From Schmidtea polychroa (taxonomy: Eukaryota): a stretch of DNA of 64,000 bases. The notes beneath the pieces are model-generated. The model had not been told where the DNA came from. It saw nothing but the letters and a program-made list of their open reading frames with translations, and searched no databases. The translations under genes were made by a program, and so were the position numbers. The first letter of the stretch is position 1; every line of letters starts with the position of its first letter. Shown in pieces: positions 13,130 to 26,300 of the stretch. The stretch is from positions 208,258,001 to 208,322,000 of the forward strand of contig CM097885.1 of the NCBI GenBank assembly GCA_044892525.1, written 5' to 3'.

Positions 13130-13345
13130 CTGTGCTGGGTTTCGATTTATTTGGTTGAATAAGAACACGAGGAGTCAGAGATCCGACTTTAAAATAAAAA
13201 AACCAACAAAACTTTGGTCATTGATTGTTTTGTGTTGAGTGATATTTTGTGATTCAATATACATTGGGTGGTTTGTTGTTTCGTTATTTACAATTAAAGG
13301 GACACGTGGAGTCAGAGAGTACCGAATCAAATTAATAAAAACAAA
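13130..13345 (+). mobile_element. Two successive LTR-like 3' ends
   Basis: GAACACGAGGAGTCAGA..CCGACTTT..AACCAACA (ends 13208), then GGACACGTGGAGTCAGA at ~13300. Confidence 0.65.
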
Positions 13346-14902
13346 CAAATTAACAAAAAATTATTACACAGCATTTTCATTAATGTTTCTTCAAAGTCGC
13401 CTAAAATTGGCATTTTTACCAATTTTATCAGTTGATTTTGGTAGGAGTTGATTACGCTGATAAAAGTGGGTAATGGAATATTGAAAAATTGAAAAAGTCG
13501 ACAAATTATCGAATTAAAATTTGAAAATCGGGTCAGATGCAAATGAGATGATGGGAAAGATCATGGCAAGAACGGACTCATCGGAATATGTTCAGAAAGT
13601 GTCGAAATACAAGAAAACGTTCAAAAAAAGCAAATCGTTAATTAATTAATTAATGAAAACCCGAGTAAGTAAACAGAAAGAAAAGTAAACAAAGTGGGTT
13701 CTGGAAAATTATTATCATGACAACATGAGTAATGGGAAAACGAGGAAAAGGCAAATACTTATTAATGAAAAAATAATAGATATAATCAATATATCGCAAA
13801 CAGACATGGTGGAACCAGATTGGTCCTTACATGTCTAGGGGACAGATTTCAAATGTGCCATTTTAAGGATGCGGGCACAATCATCCGGGTTCCAAATCTT
13901 GTCTTTCATGTGAAAAAACCCCGATGATTCTTGTAGGTTTTCCGCGATCCTTTGATGATTCTTTCGATCATTTTCTTTTATGTATCTATGTACTCTGCGA
14001 ACTTGAATCCCAACTTTCTGAGTATATTGTTGTTATCCTTCATCCAAGTTCCCAGAGAGCAGACAATGAATGTTTTAACAAACTACACATAGAAAAAACA
14101 AATAAGGACTCTATTATAGGAAATATGGACGAATTTGAAGTTCTAACAAAAATCAAGAAACACGTATATCAAAAAATAATCGTTGGATTTAACATCAATG
14201 AAAATTGAAAATATTAGTTTAGATGATGTATTGGGAATAAGAGAAATGGCAAATAATAAAAAGGCCTTTGTGAAAAACGTTTTAGAAGATAAAATAAAAA
14301 TATCAAATTTCGCATTTTAAGTTATAAAATTCAAAAGCAACTTGAAAAGAAACAAGAAACCGATATTCTGCTTTAACCTGAACCATCCGGTGTACAAGAC
14401 ACTTGTATAATAGTCAGTATCTTATGTTAAAAGATGAGCAAGGGTTAAAAATCCTAAAATTGAAGTACTATGTAATTGGATACAAAAAGTACAGTCTGTA
14501 AAGCCAGGATAAATATAAATGTGAAACAATAATACCGAGAAGCTGTGAGCTATCTAAAAATAGATGCGATATTGCATTTAACTTTGAAAATAATATTTGG
14601 TGACATATTATCTTTTAATTTGTCATTTTGTTATTATATTTAATTATTTTTCATATTCATCTTTGGTTTCTTAAATCCTCCCAAAAAATAAAATAAATAA
14701 ATAATTATGATTAATTAATTAAACCCCCTAGGGGCTAAAAATAATATTACACTTTAGGGTTTAATGTAAATATTGTAAATTATAAATTGGTTTCATTTCA
14801 CAGAAGATATTTGCATAAAAATCACTGAGAGACAGTGTCTTTGTGGATAAGTGAGGAAAACACTCGAACTAATCTATCAATAATTAATGTTTTGCCACAT
14901 TA

Positions 14903-14911
14903 AATAATAAC

Positions 14912-14995
<84 letters not shown>

Positions 14996-15011
14996 TGGTA
15001 ATAATAATAAT
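14903..15011. repeat. (AAT)n microsatellite
   Basis: Direct sequence. Confidence 0.98.
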
Positions 15012-15081
15012 AAATCAATTCACCAAATTGTAAGAAATTCATCATATTACAGGGTATTTGATAAATATATATAATCATTCC

Positions 15082-15085
<4 letters not shown>

Positions 15086-15166
<81 letters not shown>
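15086..15166. repeat. (AT)n microsatellite
   Basis: Direct sequence. Confidence 0.98.
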
Positions 15167-15168
<2 letters not shown>

Positions 15169-15303
15169 CATTATATAAATAAATATAATCAGTTCATTAA
15201 TTTATATGAAATTTATTTTCAGACACAATTAAAATTTATCATATAGCGACATAACAATATCCTGCCAAAACGATTAAAATTTTTTTTTGAACAAAATCCA
15301 AAA

Positions 15304-15640
15304 ATGAAACAAAGAAAAACAAGAAATCAAATGACACAGGAAAAGTTGGGTATAATTGATCGGCTTTCATCTCAAGGAAGCACAGCTCGGGAAATAGCAC
15401 ACGCTACAGGGTTTTCCAGGCCCTGTATTTATAAAAGATTGCAGGAAATACAGGAAACTGGTAATGTTACAGTTCAAAAACCGGGGAGAAAACGAATAAA
15501 CCAAACCGATCGCACTTCCTTTGTCTCAGAAATCGTACAGAACGATAATAGCTTGACTCTAACGGGGATTAAGGAGGTTCTGAATGAAAATTAAATAGTT
15601 TTATCCAAACCCTCCGTTTGCAGACTTTTAAAATCGACAC
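15304..15640 (+). mobile_element. Tc1/IS630-like transposase N-terminal fragment
   Basis: HTH (GSTAREIAHATGFSRPCIYKRL), KPGRKR linker, second HTH (DNSLTLTGIKEVL*..LSKPSVCRLLK). No DDE domain remains. Confidence 0.8.
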
Positions 15641-16129
15641 CGACTTTAGAATTTACTTAATTGAAAATCCAACACATGATAAACAATAAATATTTCCCAG
15701 AAACTTCAATTTCAAGATTTTCAATGTTAATGTCAATTTTGAATGGTAAATAAATTTATTATAATAACTTATTATTTATCGTTACCCCTAACACTTAACC
15801 CGGGCAACTTTCCATTTTATGGGAAAATTTTCATGTTGGCTAACTTTCATAAATACCCCTGTTAAAAAACTTGTTACTTTTCTCATTCTTCATAACCAAG
15901 GTTTACTCGAAGCTGCGCTGGCGATAGGCCACGAATTGAATTTTTCAAAGTTGTACTGACGTTTTTTGTATACCACGAACACAATTTTAATAATATTTTT
16001 TTCTTATTATAATATGAAAAATATTCAAAAATATAATTTTTAGAATTTTTAATTTTTATAACTTTACGATTAAACTTTTTAAATATGCATTATATACCAT
16101 CAATGTTAAACACAAGTAATGTTGTTGGT

Positions 16130-16590
16130 ATTGAAACTTCATACAATGTGATACAATGTAAGATCGTGACTCACAATTTATGAGTACTTGAGACGCTTGC
16201 ACTTTGTTTTGAGTTTAATACTAATAAGATTGGTCTAAGTGCTTCCGCTTTAAAGCTGCACTTGAATTATTTTCAGTTTTGTATTTACTTAACCCTCTCC
16301 GTATATTTGTCGAATATATTCGACATTAAAGCAAGATGTCACTTCCAGTTTCATAGGCCATTGCAAAAGTACATCGTTTTCACCGCGCATTATGAAAAAG
16401 AAAACAGAAAGATGTGTCCCTTTTCCAGCTTTGAATCCATCGGGATGAAGCTGAAGGCACATTTTGTAACCGTTTTTGTGGGAATAGAACGGGTCACTAT
16501 AAATATCAGCATTATTTTTTACAAGGAGAGGGTTAATTCACTTTAAAAATACTTTCGAAGTGTGAATATCAAATATTGAACCAGGCGGAG
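16130..16590 (-). pseudogene. TRAF: TRAF-type MATH (TRAF-C) domain fragment, missed by the ORF track
   Basis: Minus-strand translation 16510->16292: ADIYSDPFYSHKNGYKMCLQLHPDGFKAGKGTHLSVFFFIMRGENDVLLQWPMKLEVT, the canonical TRAF-C signature. Weaker traces lie on both sides. Confidence 0.92.
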
Positions 16591-18919
16591 TGCTAAAGTG
16601 TATTATATTATATTTGGATTATAAAGGTAAATTTTAATAATACTATCATTATTACATATAAAGAAATAATTTTAGATTGTTTTAAATTAAAGACGTTCAA
16701 AAGAATATTGATAAATGGTATGAATTTCACGAATAAAAAACATCTAAAATAAAAAGACCTTCAAAAATAGTAGATTGTGAAACCACATAATTATTAATTA
16801 ATAAGTAATAATTAAAGATGTGATTTGAGCTATAAAAATTAATGCATCAATTCTATACATGTAGGTTGCCCAGGGTGGTACTGACTTTGCAAGGTGCACC
16901 GGGATGATTTGAAAAAAAAGAAAAGCAGTATTTATTCAACATCGCAACTTTATTACACAACATTATAAGTTAAGTTACATTATTAAATTTTTGGTAAATT
17001 CAGTACTACCCTTACAAATTTCTTTAATCAATTCTTCATTCTCTATGACCATTAGCAAATCTTTGTTTTCATTCATTTCCATTTATTTTCATGTGAAAAA
17101 GAAAGTCAATTACGCATCATACCATCCGCTCTATTATAAACTTTTGAACTATGGAAAAACTTCGTTTTAGGTTGAACTAGATGATGAAATAAAAACTCTG
17201 ACGGATTTAACGGTTTTGAAAATAAATTAAGACTAAATTTAGTTCTATTTTCTTCATTATATATATTAACAGTTTTAATATTTAATTAACAGTTTCTGTT
17301 TCACTGTGATCGGTTACTATTTCAAGTTAACAATTTACAGCTTTTTTTCAATAATAGAAACATCAACATTTTCCATATCTTCATCATTATTTTGAATTTG
17401 AAGTAGTTCTATGTGTTCATAAGATCTGACTTCATCTACAGATTCAGACGATGACATACTTAACTCATCATGAAGAACGTTAGCACAGGTGGAAAGTAAC
17501 CCGGTTACCATATTTTTACCACACCGAACAGGGACGTCTAGCAACCCTAGTACAGGGTATTAATGAACACAAGGAGGAGTCTGTAGCTATATCTAAAAGT
17601 TGAGGGAGTAAATATTATGCCTTCGAATTTCTTGAATGCATTAATTCTTTACTCATTAAAAATTTTGTAAATGAATTTTAAAAATCAACTTCCGACACTA
17701 AAAATTTATGAAAGAACAGACATTTCTGTGCAATAACTATTAATTTTATATTTGACATTTTGTATGAAAAATGAAGTATTTAGACAGTGCATTTTCTTTG
17801 AAAAAAAATAAAATCTTGATATTAAAAAATGGTAATGTTATGGAGTAATTTTTATGTTAGAACGATAAAATGGAGTGGCAGAAAATTTCAAAAAAGAACA
17901 ATCACATCTTACGGAACAACTTTGAGCGAGAAGACTTCGGTTTAGATGACACAGGAAACAATTTGCAAATATTGTTTACAAATTCTAAATAATTCCCAGT
18001 ATCGTGTGGCATTATTAGCACTTTATGATATATTATCTATATAAATATTTATCTATATATTTCTTGGATTAACAAGGTACTGCCATAATTTCATTCAAGA
18101 CTATGCATAGGATCACTAATGATAGAATTAACATAGGGAGTTAAAAAAGAGTAAGTAAGGAGGTGTAATATTACAAAATATTGATAGCAAAAAATTAAAC
18201 GAAAAAATAATTAGAATAAATAACATTTGATCAGCTAAAAGAAAAATTAATAACAGTGAAAATATTAAAACTTTAAAAGAAAATTTATTGTTATAACATA
18301 CGTCAGTTGGGAAGTCATAGGAGTTTTATGACAAGATGAAGAAAAGTGTAAAAATTAAATAATGGAACAGGCGAGTAAAACATTAAAAACATATTCGACA
18401 AAAAAGTGCTATTCCATTGTTTTTGCATTAAACCATTTCAAACCATATCTTTAATTGATAATTAAACTATTAGATGATCAATGAAAACATAAAGATGCTG
18501 CAAGCAGATTCTTTTGATGAACAGCGAAAATAGAATACATGCATATGAAAATCATGTACAAACCTGGTAAAAATATATAAAAAAGTTGGTACATTATAAC
18601 AAATATCTGAGCTATATTAACCGAATTAATTTACGTACATGAAATATATATTACTCACTCAGTCACTCACTGATTCTGTTACACTCAATGCTTACTATGA
18701 TTATTTTAAAAAATTATAATTATNNNNNNNNNNNNNNNNNNNNNNNNNNNNNNNNNNNNNNNNNNNNNNNNNNNNNNNNNNNNNNNNNNNNNNNNNNNNN
18801 NNNNNNNNNNNNNNNNNNNNNNNNNNNNNNNNNNNNNNNNNNNNNNNNNNNNNNNNNNNNNNNCAGAATTGCCTTAATTATTATTTTTAATTTAAAAGTC
18901 TGAAATTATTGAAATTCGA

Positions 18920-19407
18920 CACATTTCTTTGTCAAAAAGATTCCACTATATATTCGGTAAGAGAAATTAAATTTTATTTCTTTCGAACCCTAAGTCTATT
19001 GATGATTTTTTACGTCGACGACAATTACCTATTATTCCAGCATAACGAATAACGATCAACAAGAGCCAAGGACAGTCTTATGAATACGTCGGCATAAGTC
19101 TACAAACTTCAGTGTTTTTGCATGGCAATTCCATGTCGCAACTTCCCATTCTCGAAATGCAAATCAAGTCAAGATCAAAATTGGACCAAATCCTCAACAA
19201 GTTCATTTATTTTCACGCGCAATATTGTGTATAGAGAAATTTTGTAATAAATAAATCATTCATATGAACTGAAAATTAATTACTCATTCTTTTTACTGAA
19301 CTCATTCACATACCAATTTTTGGTTTTCGAACACATGCAATAAGATTTACGTGAAGGAGTTGGGATTTTGAAAAAAGGGGCACCGGAGGCGCCCGAGCAA
19401 AACCTAG
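18920..19407 (+). mobile_element. Helitron 3' end (PIF1-like helicase C-terminus, hairpin, CTAG)
   Basis: [46 protein letters not shown]; subterminal hairpin GGGCACCGGAGGCGCCC, then CTAG (19404-19407) followed by T. Confidence 0.92.
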
Positions 19408-19689
19408 TGATCAGATAATTAATTAACTTAAATTAAGAAACTTTTCTAAATTGATGATTTTTGTGATCGATTTAAATATTTTTATATTGTTGGATTTTAA
19501 ATTTAAAAAACAATTGTAGTTAAAAATTAGTTGTTTTAATATTGGGATTTAAAATAGAAATTAGAATTAAGTATAGTACTGAGAATGTACTGAGAATTTA
19601 AAATGAACTTATCTCAACTTTGAAAGCATCATTGGACTTGTATTCAGAAAGAAATCAAACTCCAAGTCGAGCTCTTGAATTTCAATGCT

Positions 19690-19800
19690 TTCGTTTTAAG
19701 AAAAAAGCATCAAGTTGTTTAGCGTTGTTAAAAGTCTTCAAGAAAATTTCCGGATCATTCGATGATGAGGGTAGGCCCATCACCACATTCATCCTCACTA
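19690..19800 (+). mobile_element. Possible Ty3/gypsy reverse transcriptase sliver
   Basis: ASSCLALLKVFKKISGSFDDEGRPITTFI loosely resembles FSxLDxxxGFxQIxLDExSxxxTTF; short and degenerate. Confidence 0.3.
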
Positions 19801-21949
19801 AATATAGAGTCAATGTGTGTGCCAAGAAAAGACAATAGATTGGGATCTATCAAGCCAAAGTCAATCCAATTAATGACAACTGACTATCATTCATCTGTAT
19901 ATTACTGAATATTATTTATATGTATATTGTATTATTTAACGTTTATTCTTCATCTGTATTCGGTGTATATCGTATTAACGAACTTTCATCATTCTTTGTA
20001 TATAGATATGATTTTGTAATTGCTTTTGTTAATTATTTTTTATTACATATTTAATATTTTAATAAAAGGAGATTAAATAAATCATTAATTATTATCAAAA
20101 ATCAAAATAAATTACCATTATTAAAATTACAACTAATATTTACAGTATAGTAATTATTATGCCGGAAGTAAAAAAAATCATGAAATTAAATATAACATCT
20201 TTCTTAAGATTAAATAATTATTACAATACATTAATAAGTTAGAAATAAATTAATATAATAAATAATATGTCAAATATATTAAGAAGAATTAATATTATTA
20301 TTCCGTGTGTATAGGTCAGAAATAAATTAATTAAATTTCTATACCAACAAATAATATAAATACCCAGTTAAAATTCAGTTTATTGGCCCAAAATTCTAGC
20401 GTTTAAAAAAAATATTCGTAGGTAAATCCTGAGAATAGATTAAAACCAAGATCAGCTAGATCAGCTAAATTGTAAATATTTGTTTATATAGGCATATTTA
20501 AGGAAATATAATTTTGGATTTATTTAATCTTAGTAATTTATTTGATGACAGAAGAATTGAATGTTACAGCATCTAACAACAATAATAATAATGATTATTT
20601 TAAAAAATTCTGTTTTTTTATTTGCAGACTTTTATGCATTCGATAATAATAACAAATATTAATTATCATTAAACAAAATTTCGTTATCCATTTCTTGCAG
20701 TTTTCCTGCATTTAAAAATTTTATTTGACAAGTTGCCGTTACGGCACTTGCCTTTGCTTTTTCTCTTTTTAGTGCATTCCTTCGCTATCGGAACAGTCCT
20801 GTTCAGATAACGAATTAATTTATATTCCTGGCGGCTCACTTCATTTGTCATTTATTTTGCCTTATCTAAGATTTTTATTTGCAGATTATATTAATTTTTT
20901 TTGATGCAGAAGTTTCATTTTATTTTAATTTATATTTGTATCCACGCCGCAAGAATAATTTGGATAACGACTTATGAAGATAATTTAATTTTGCTAATTG
21001 GTAATTTGTGTTTTAGAATGATGTTGAACACAATTCATCTCCCCGCGGTAATTTCATTTATTTATTTAAAAAAATTTGTTATTTAGATATCCTCAACAAT
21101 GGTGTCGACACATGTCTGCTATTCTTAATTGACTATTCTTTTAGAAATAAATTCAACTACCGGAAATAAGCAAAAGTGCAATATTCAAAATAAATAAATA
21201 AAATTATTTGAATTATTTCCTCGATTAGGATTAGTAAATTTTAAAAATTCAATAGTAAAATAAAAATTGATCAAATTACACTAATACGATTTCTTCCTAT
21301 ATCAAATAATGAGGTTTTTAATATTGAATTTTACATAATCGCATTGATAGTAAAACATTGGAACCGTTTAATTTATTTGATATTATAATTATCTTTAATT
21401 TTTTGATTCCGATTTGGTATCAACAATCTAAGAATTACATATTACAGAAAATAATTGGGATGCAATAATTAAATAAAAATAAAAACTCCTGGTAAATGGT
21501 AATGACTAAAATGCGAACTATACGGATTCACCATTCATACGTATTTTAAACCTTAACCCTGACCCTAACACAATGAAAACCTTATAAACAATCTGCGCTC
21601 CGCTTATGATTGACATTCCGCAGGTCCATAAAGTCTTGGCTTGTACATAAATAATGCGGTCGTATTCAAATTTTAAAATTTTTTGTGAAATTTCTTAAAA
21701 AATTTAAACTATTTTTATATTTTCAATAAATAATATTAAAATAATAAAATTAATTAAATTTCTTTCACATTTACGAAAAGAACTATATGTTTTTATCGAT
21801 TCTGATATTAAGGAATTAATGATCAGAGCTTACAGCTTTAAACTTATTTTGCATAATTTTTTAATTTTTATGTAAATTACATTTTCGTTTTATATCATTT
21901 ATTCATTTTTATTTACATCTTTTCACATACTTTTTTCCAATTTCAGACC

Positions 21950-24430
21950 TCTAAATGAAACGTGTTCAGTTTAAGTGGATTACAAAAGAGAAAACTAGCT
22001 AAAGAAAAGAGCACACTATTTCTATTGTGAAATCTAAGAGCAGAAAATTAACAAGTTATTTAGTTTTAGATAAGCAATAGGAAAAACCGGATTTTACTGA
22101 CACGATCGGCCCTCTTGATAAGTCTACTATAGGCTGTTGTGTAAATTCAGACACTTCAATAGAGCTTGATAATGAAATTTGTTGTAAGTGTAACCCACTT
22201 CAGTCTGCTGGAGCTGAAGATGATGATAAAGATGAAAATGAATAAATTAAAGATCTAGGACTGTGGATTGGGTTTTCCGCTGATTATATGGCATACTGGG
22301 TTGACTGTGGGCCCACTAATTGTCAGCGTCATTATGGAACCTTTGATAAATATTGCCGTATTTCTGATGGAGGACAAATAACAATATATTGTTCCCGAAA
22401 TTTTTTCTATGGCACAAAGGGAAATGGTGAGAAATACAGGAGAGAATATTATTTCAGCTTATCAGTAGACTCAACACCCGATATTTCACATATAGATCAT
22501 TTAAGCGACGTTGTCGATATGTAGTAGATGGAGCTCATTGAACCCTTTTAGACTTTCTTGGAGAACCAAAATCACACCGGTGAAGGTATGACTAGGTAAG
22601 TGCTGTAGTACTTACGTGAAATTTTCAATATTGATTTTTCGAAAGGCTAAGGTCAATCCTACGATAATCCAGCTAATATGTTTGTGTGCTATACCCTGTG
22701 CTGCCAATTCACTAAATCTTGTAGGCAGAAGTGCCGTTGACTCCTGTTTAGAGGCAGTAAACTACTTCCATACAGTGCAACTGATCTAAACTTTTTTCTC
22801 AGCTTCAACCAACAGATGGAAGATTCTGAAAGGATGCTGGTAAAGTCTCATCCTCAGATTTTAAAAGCATTACTTGTTAAGTTTTCGTAACGAGTTTTCT
22901 TCAATTTGTCTAAAGAGTAAATATTGTGCTCTTAAAAATTTTCAGTAGGTTATAGATACACTTATTATAAAATTGATTTTTTATTTAAATTATTATTTTT
23001 TTTTAATTGGTTTGAGTGTTCGTATATCGGTCGAGAAAAAGGTGGTAACCCTAGTAGCAATCATGTTCAAAATCTTGGAAGCAAAGGAAAAGAAGATTAT
23101 AAAAAACCGTTTAAATTTGACGCTTTTTTCTAAATGTTAATGGAAGCTGCAACAATGTTTAAAGATTTAGAAGTGAAGGACCTGAGGATTAATAAATTCC
23201 GCTTAAATTTGACAATAATTTTAAAATCAGATGGAAATAATAAATTTTGCAAGAGTATTTATGTTGATGTTGATCAGATATTGGTTTTCTTTTTTTAGTT
23301 AAGGGTGTTTTGGCCTATCTTTTAGTTTTTTAAACCTTGGCTCCGGGACTTTATATTGGTCGATGTCCTTTAATACGTTGTAGTGTGGATTCCAGTCTGT
23401 TCATTTATATCCTGGGCCAATTTTCTGTACTTGCCCATATTCTTGGCTCTGGCTTGTTCTATTGTATCTTTATGATTGAAAGGGCATTTAATATATACTA
23501 CGAATATCTGCTTCATTGTAGTGGGATAGTTTCCGTTTCAAAGCTCATGTCTTTCGACTTGACTAGATCATCTAATGCTTTTAGAATTTCATTGTCTTTG
23601 TCAGTTTGTGATCTGTTTCCCCTTGGGCACATGTTTATGACATGTGATGCCGATTCTTGTGAGCAATCACAATGTCTACACTTAGTTGAGGCAATTCTAC
23701 AACAAAACTTAAATCACTTGCACAAATTTAAGAATGAATTTGAAAGATTTTATAAGTCAACTTTGATCAGTAATCGTAAACGAAAGACAGTGGTCATTGA
23801 TGGTGATGGCCCTGAGATATTTATGAATGCCATAGACAAATTTCGTATATCTGCATTCTACACCATTGTTGATAAACTTGAGACAGAAATAAGTAAACAT
23901 AGACAAATATATAATGATGTAGCAGTTCGATTTTCTTATTTGGTCGATGTATCACTATCACAAACATCTCAGTGTTTTGATGAACTAATAAATGGTTAAC
24001 CTAAAGATCTGAACCATAATTTATATACTGAACTACGACAGTTTCATTCATATATTCGTCACAAGTTTCCTGCATCAAAATCGGAAAACAGCACGTTCAA
24101 TCATGGAGAATTATACAAAGTAATAGTTAGAGACAACATCGAGTATACCTTTCCAAATGTTGAAATCGCATTGCGCATATTTTTAACACGAATGATTACT
24201 AACTGTTCAACTGAGCGCTCTTTTTCTCAGTTGAAACGTACAAAAAATCCAAATAGATCAATAATGAAACAAGAAAGGGTCGATTCCTTATCTCTGCTTA
24301 TGATTGAGGCAGATATGTTGCGCAAAATTAACTTTGTCGATATACTCAAAAACTTTGCTAGATGTAAATCTAGAAAAAAAACTTTAAAATTAAATGGCAA
24401 TATCTATTTGATTTTTTCATCTAATAAAAA
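21950..24430 (+). mobile_element. hAT (Tip100/Zaphod-like) transposase pseudogene, interrupted at ~22900-23685
   Basis: YWVDCGPTNCQ..GTKGNGEKYRRE, SVDSTPDISHID, HTGEGM, GQSYDNPANM, PCAANSLNLVG, FFSASTNRWKIL; resumes with FYTIVDKL..FPNVEIALRIFLT..TNCSTERSFSQLKRTK..QERVDSLSLLMIE (hATC dimerisation domain). Confidence 0.92.
23330..23685 (-). mobile_element. R2/NeSL-type non-LTR retrotransposon C-terminal fragment (CCHC plus restriction-like endonuclease)
   Basis: KCRHCDCSQESASHVINMC (CCHC knuckle), then YIKCPFNHKDTIEQARAKNMGKYRKLA (REL motifs). Sits inside the hAT in the opposite orientation. Confidence 0.8.
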
Positions 24431-25446
24431 AATAAAGTATTTTTCTCTATTTTTAATTCAAAATTTATTAACTATTAATTTTAATACAGAAATACTTTAT
24501 TGTAGGTTTTATATGAATAATAGCAGTACAAACTACAAAATTATTTGTTAACTATGTTCTTTGCATAATATTGAACATACCAGCGATCACGGTCAATGAA
24601 AGATCAGGGGCCCAGGAACTCGATTCCCATAAAATGACAAAGAAAAAATTTTGCATAAAAGTGACAATTGTGAGAAAAATGCGTCGGTATATATATCCGA
24701 TTTTGGTGTGCGAGTCTGTGTGCGTGCATTGATGCAGTAAAAAAACATGCACCGTGGCCCAATTCAAAATATATTTTGAACTAAGTGCATGATGTTTATT
24801 TTGTGCACCAAGTGCATTATGGAAAAATTTAATTGTATTTAAAATTTTTATTTCATATATGAAAATATTACCATTCAAATAATTAGGAATATAACGAGAA
24901 ATTCAAAATTAACCTTTCAACTGAACATGAATTAATTGAAAAATAAAATCGAATTAAGTTAATTTTTGTAAAACGCTGAAAATGATTAGATGTTAATAAA
25001 AATGCATTCTATTGAGGAGAGGGCTTCAAAACAAATTTATTTTACAATTTATATTGAAATTCCATGATAAAAGAAAATATATCTAAAATCATAAAGACAT
25101 ACAAAATCAATACAATGAAAATTATTTACTTATAATAATAAAATCAAAATTATTTCTCTGATGGACTATCAAATACAATTAATACTCCATCATGATTTCT
25201 TTGTGTTTTTGAACTGTTCTTACACAGTTTTGAATTGAATGTATTTTAAAATTTATTACTGATATTTTAAAAAATACTTATTGAGAACACTTATAACAGA
25301 CAAAAAAGATGCTGGATAAATGAAAAATTCCAAAAATAGTAACAACTAAAGTCTGCACTTTTAAAACAGAAATTATATTGACTTTAACAGAACAGAGTGT
25401 ATTGACATTCGAAACGGAGTGTCAACAGGGATTTTATATATAAGAG

Positions 25447-26038
25447 ATTTGGGAGAAGAAACCAACACAAAAAACGAACAAGGAGAAACAGCAATGATGT
25501 ACGCAGCAATAACAAATATACACCCGAAAACACTGCATATCAATCGGGTTCAAGACTCGACGAAATATCAAATGAAGGAAACTCCGCCATAGACTGGGCA
25601 ACAATACAACCAAACTTAGAAATGATCCGATTTATTTGTAAAAATGTAACAAGGGTAGAGGTAGAAAACATCTGTAAAAATACATCACAGTTCCAATGGA
25701 ATACGGTACGAAAAAACTTGGAAGCTATGAAACTACTATTAACATGGAGAATACTGCAAAGCAACAAATATGCAATAAACGTAAACGAGTTTTACGAAAA
25801 TGGGGAGAATGCAATGGTTAAAAATACACTAACAAAGGGAGGAACTCCAAAGGTTATATTAATCGTGTTAAACAGAGAAGACCTCAGGTTCACAAAAAAT
25901 GAGAAGGAACAAAAACGAATTGGAAAACATCGTCGCATACAATTGAGAGAACTAGTGAAAGAATGGAATAGAAAAAGACACGCGGCAACTGGGAGAAAGG
26001 AGTTCGAATTTGAAACTAGCAAAACTAGCAAGAAATAG
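25447..26038 (+). pseudogene. Ankyrin-repeat ORF, frameshifted
   Basis: NTKNEQGETAMMYAA (frameshift) GSRLDEISNEGNSAIDWATIQPNLEMIRFI..KNLEAMKLLL..INVNEFYENGENAM match the ankyrin consensus. Intronless. Confidence 0.8.
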
Positions 26039-26300
26039 AGTATTAACGGCATATCGCAGACTATTAAATGATATAAATGTCGAGGACGACATTTTAAACG
26101 ACAGCGGGTGAGACAAATACGATGATAATGACGGAAAGGGTCGAAAGGAAGACAAGGAGAAAAAGACGCCAGAGAATAGTCAAGGGAACAAAGACTCAAA
26201 TACGAGAAGGAAGGAAAATAATCCGGAAAGCAGGACAAAGGAGGAAGAAAGGACAAATAATGGAAAACAGAGGGTATGCCTACTTTTCACCAATAAAGAA

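Noticed and set aside
13780-14560. Coding-like decayed stretch (ORF 13924-14208)
   Set aside because: No domain motif could be assigned in any frame.
14884-15246. IYIYIY / poly-L ORFs (also 46927-47115)
   Set aside because: Translations of (AT)n and (AAT)n microsatellites.
16861-17550. TAGGGTTGC-type hAT-like termini enclosing a short acidic ORF
   Set aside because: The two ends match poorly, there is no TSD, and no transposase motif.
20600-21170. Possible host micro-exons with a 39-nt GT-AG intron (~21047-21085) or a ~50-codon minus-strand frame
   Set aside because: No recognisable protein, the two strands conflict, and such signals are frequent by chance in AT-rich DNA.
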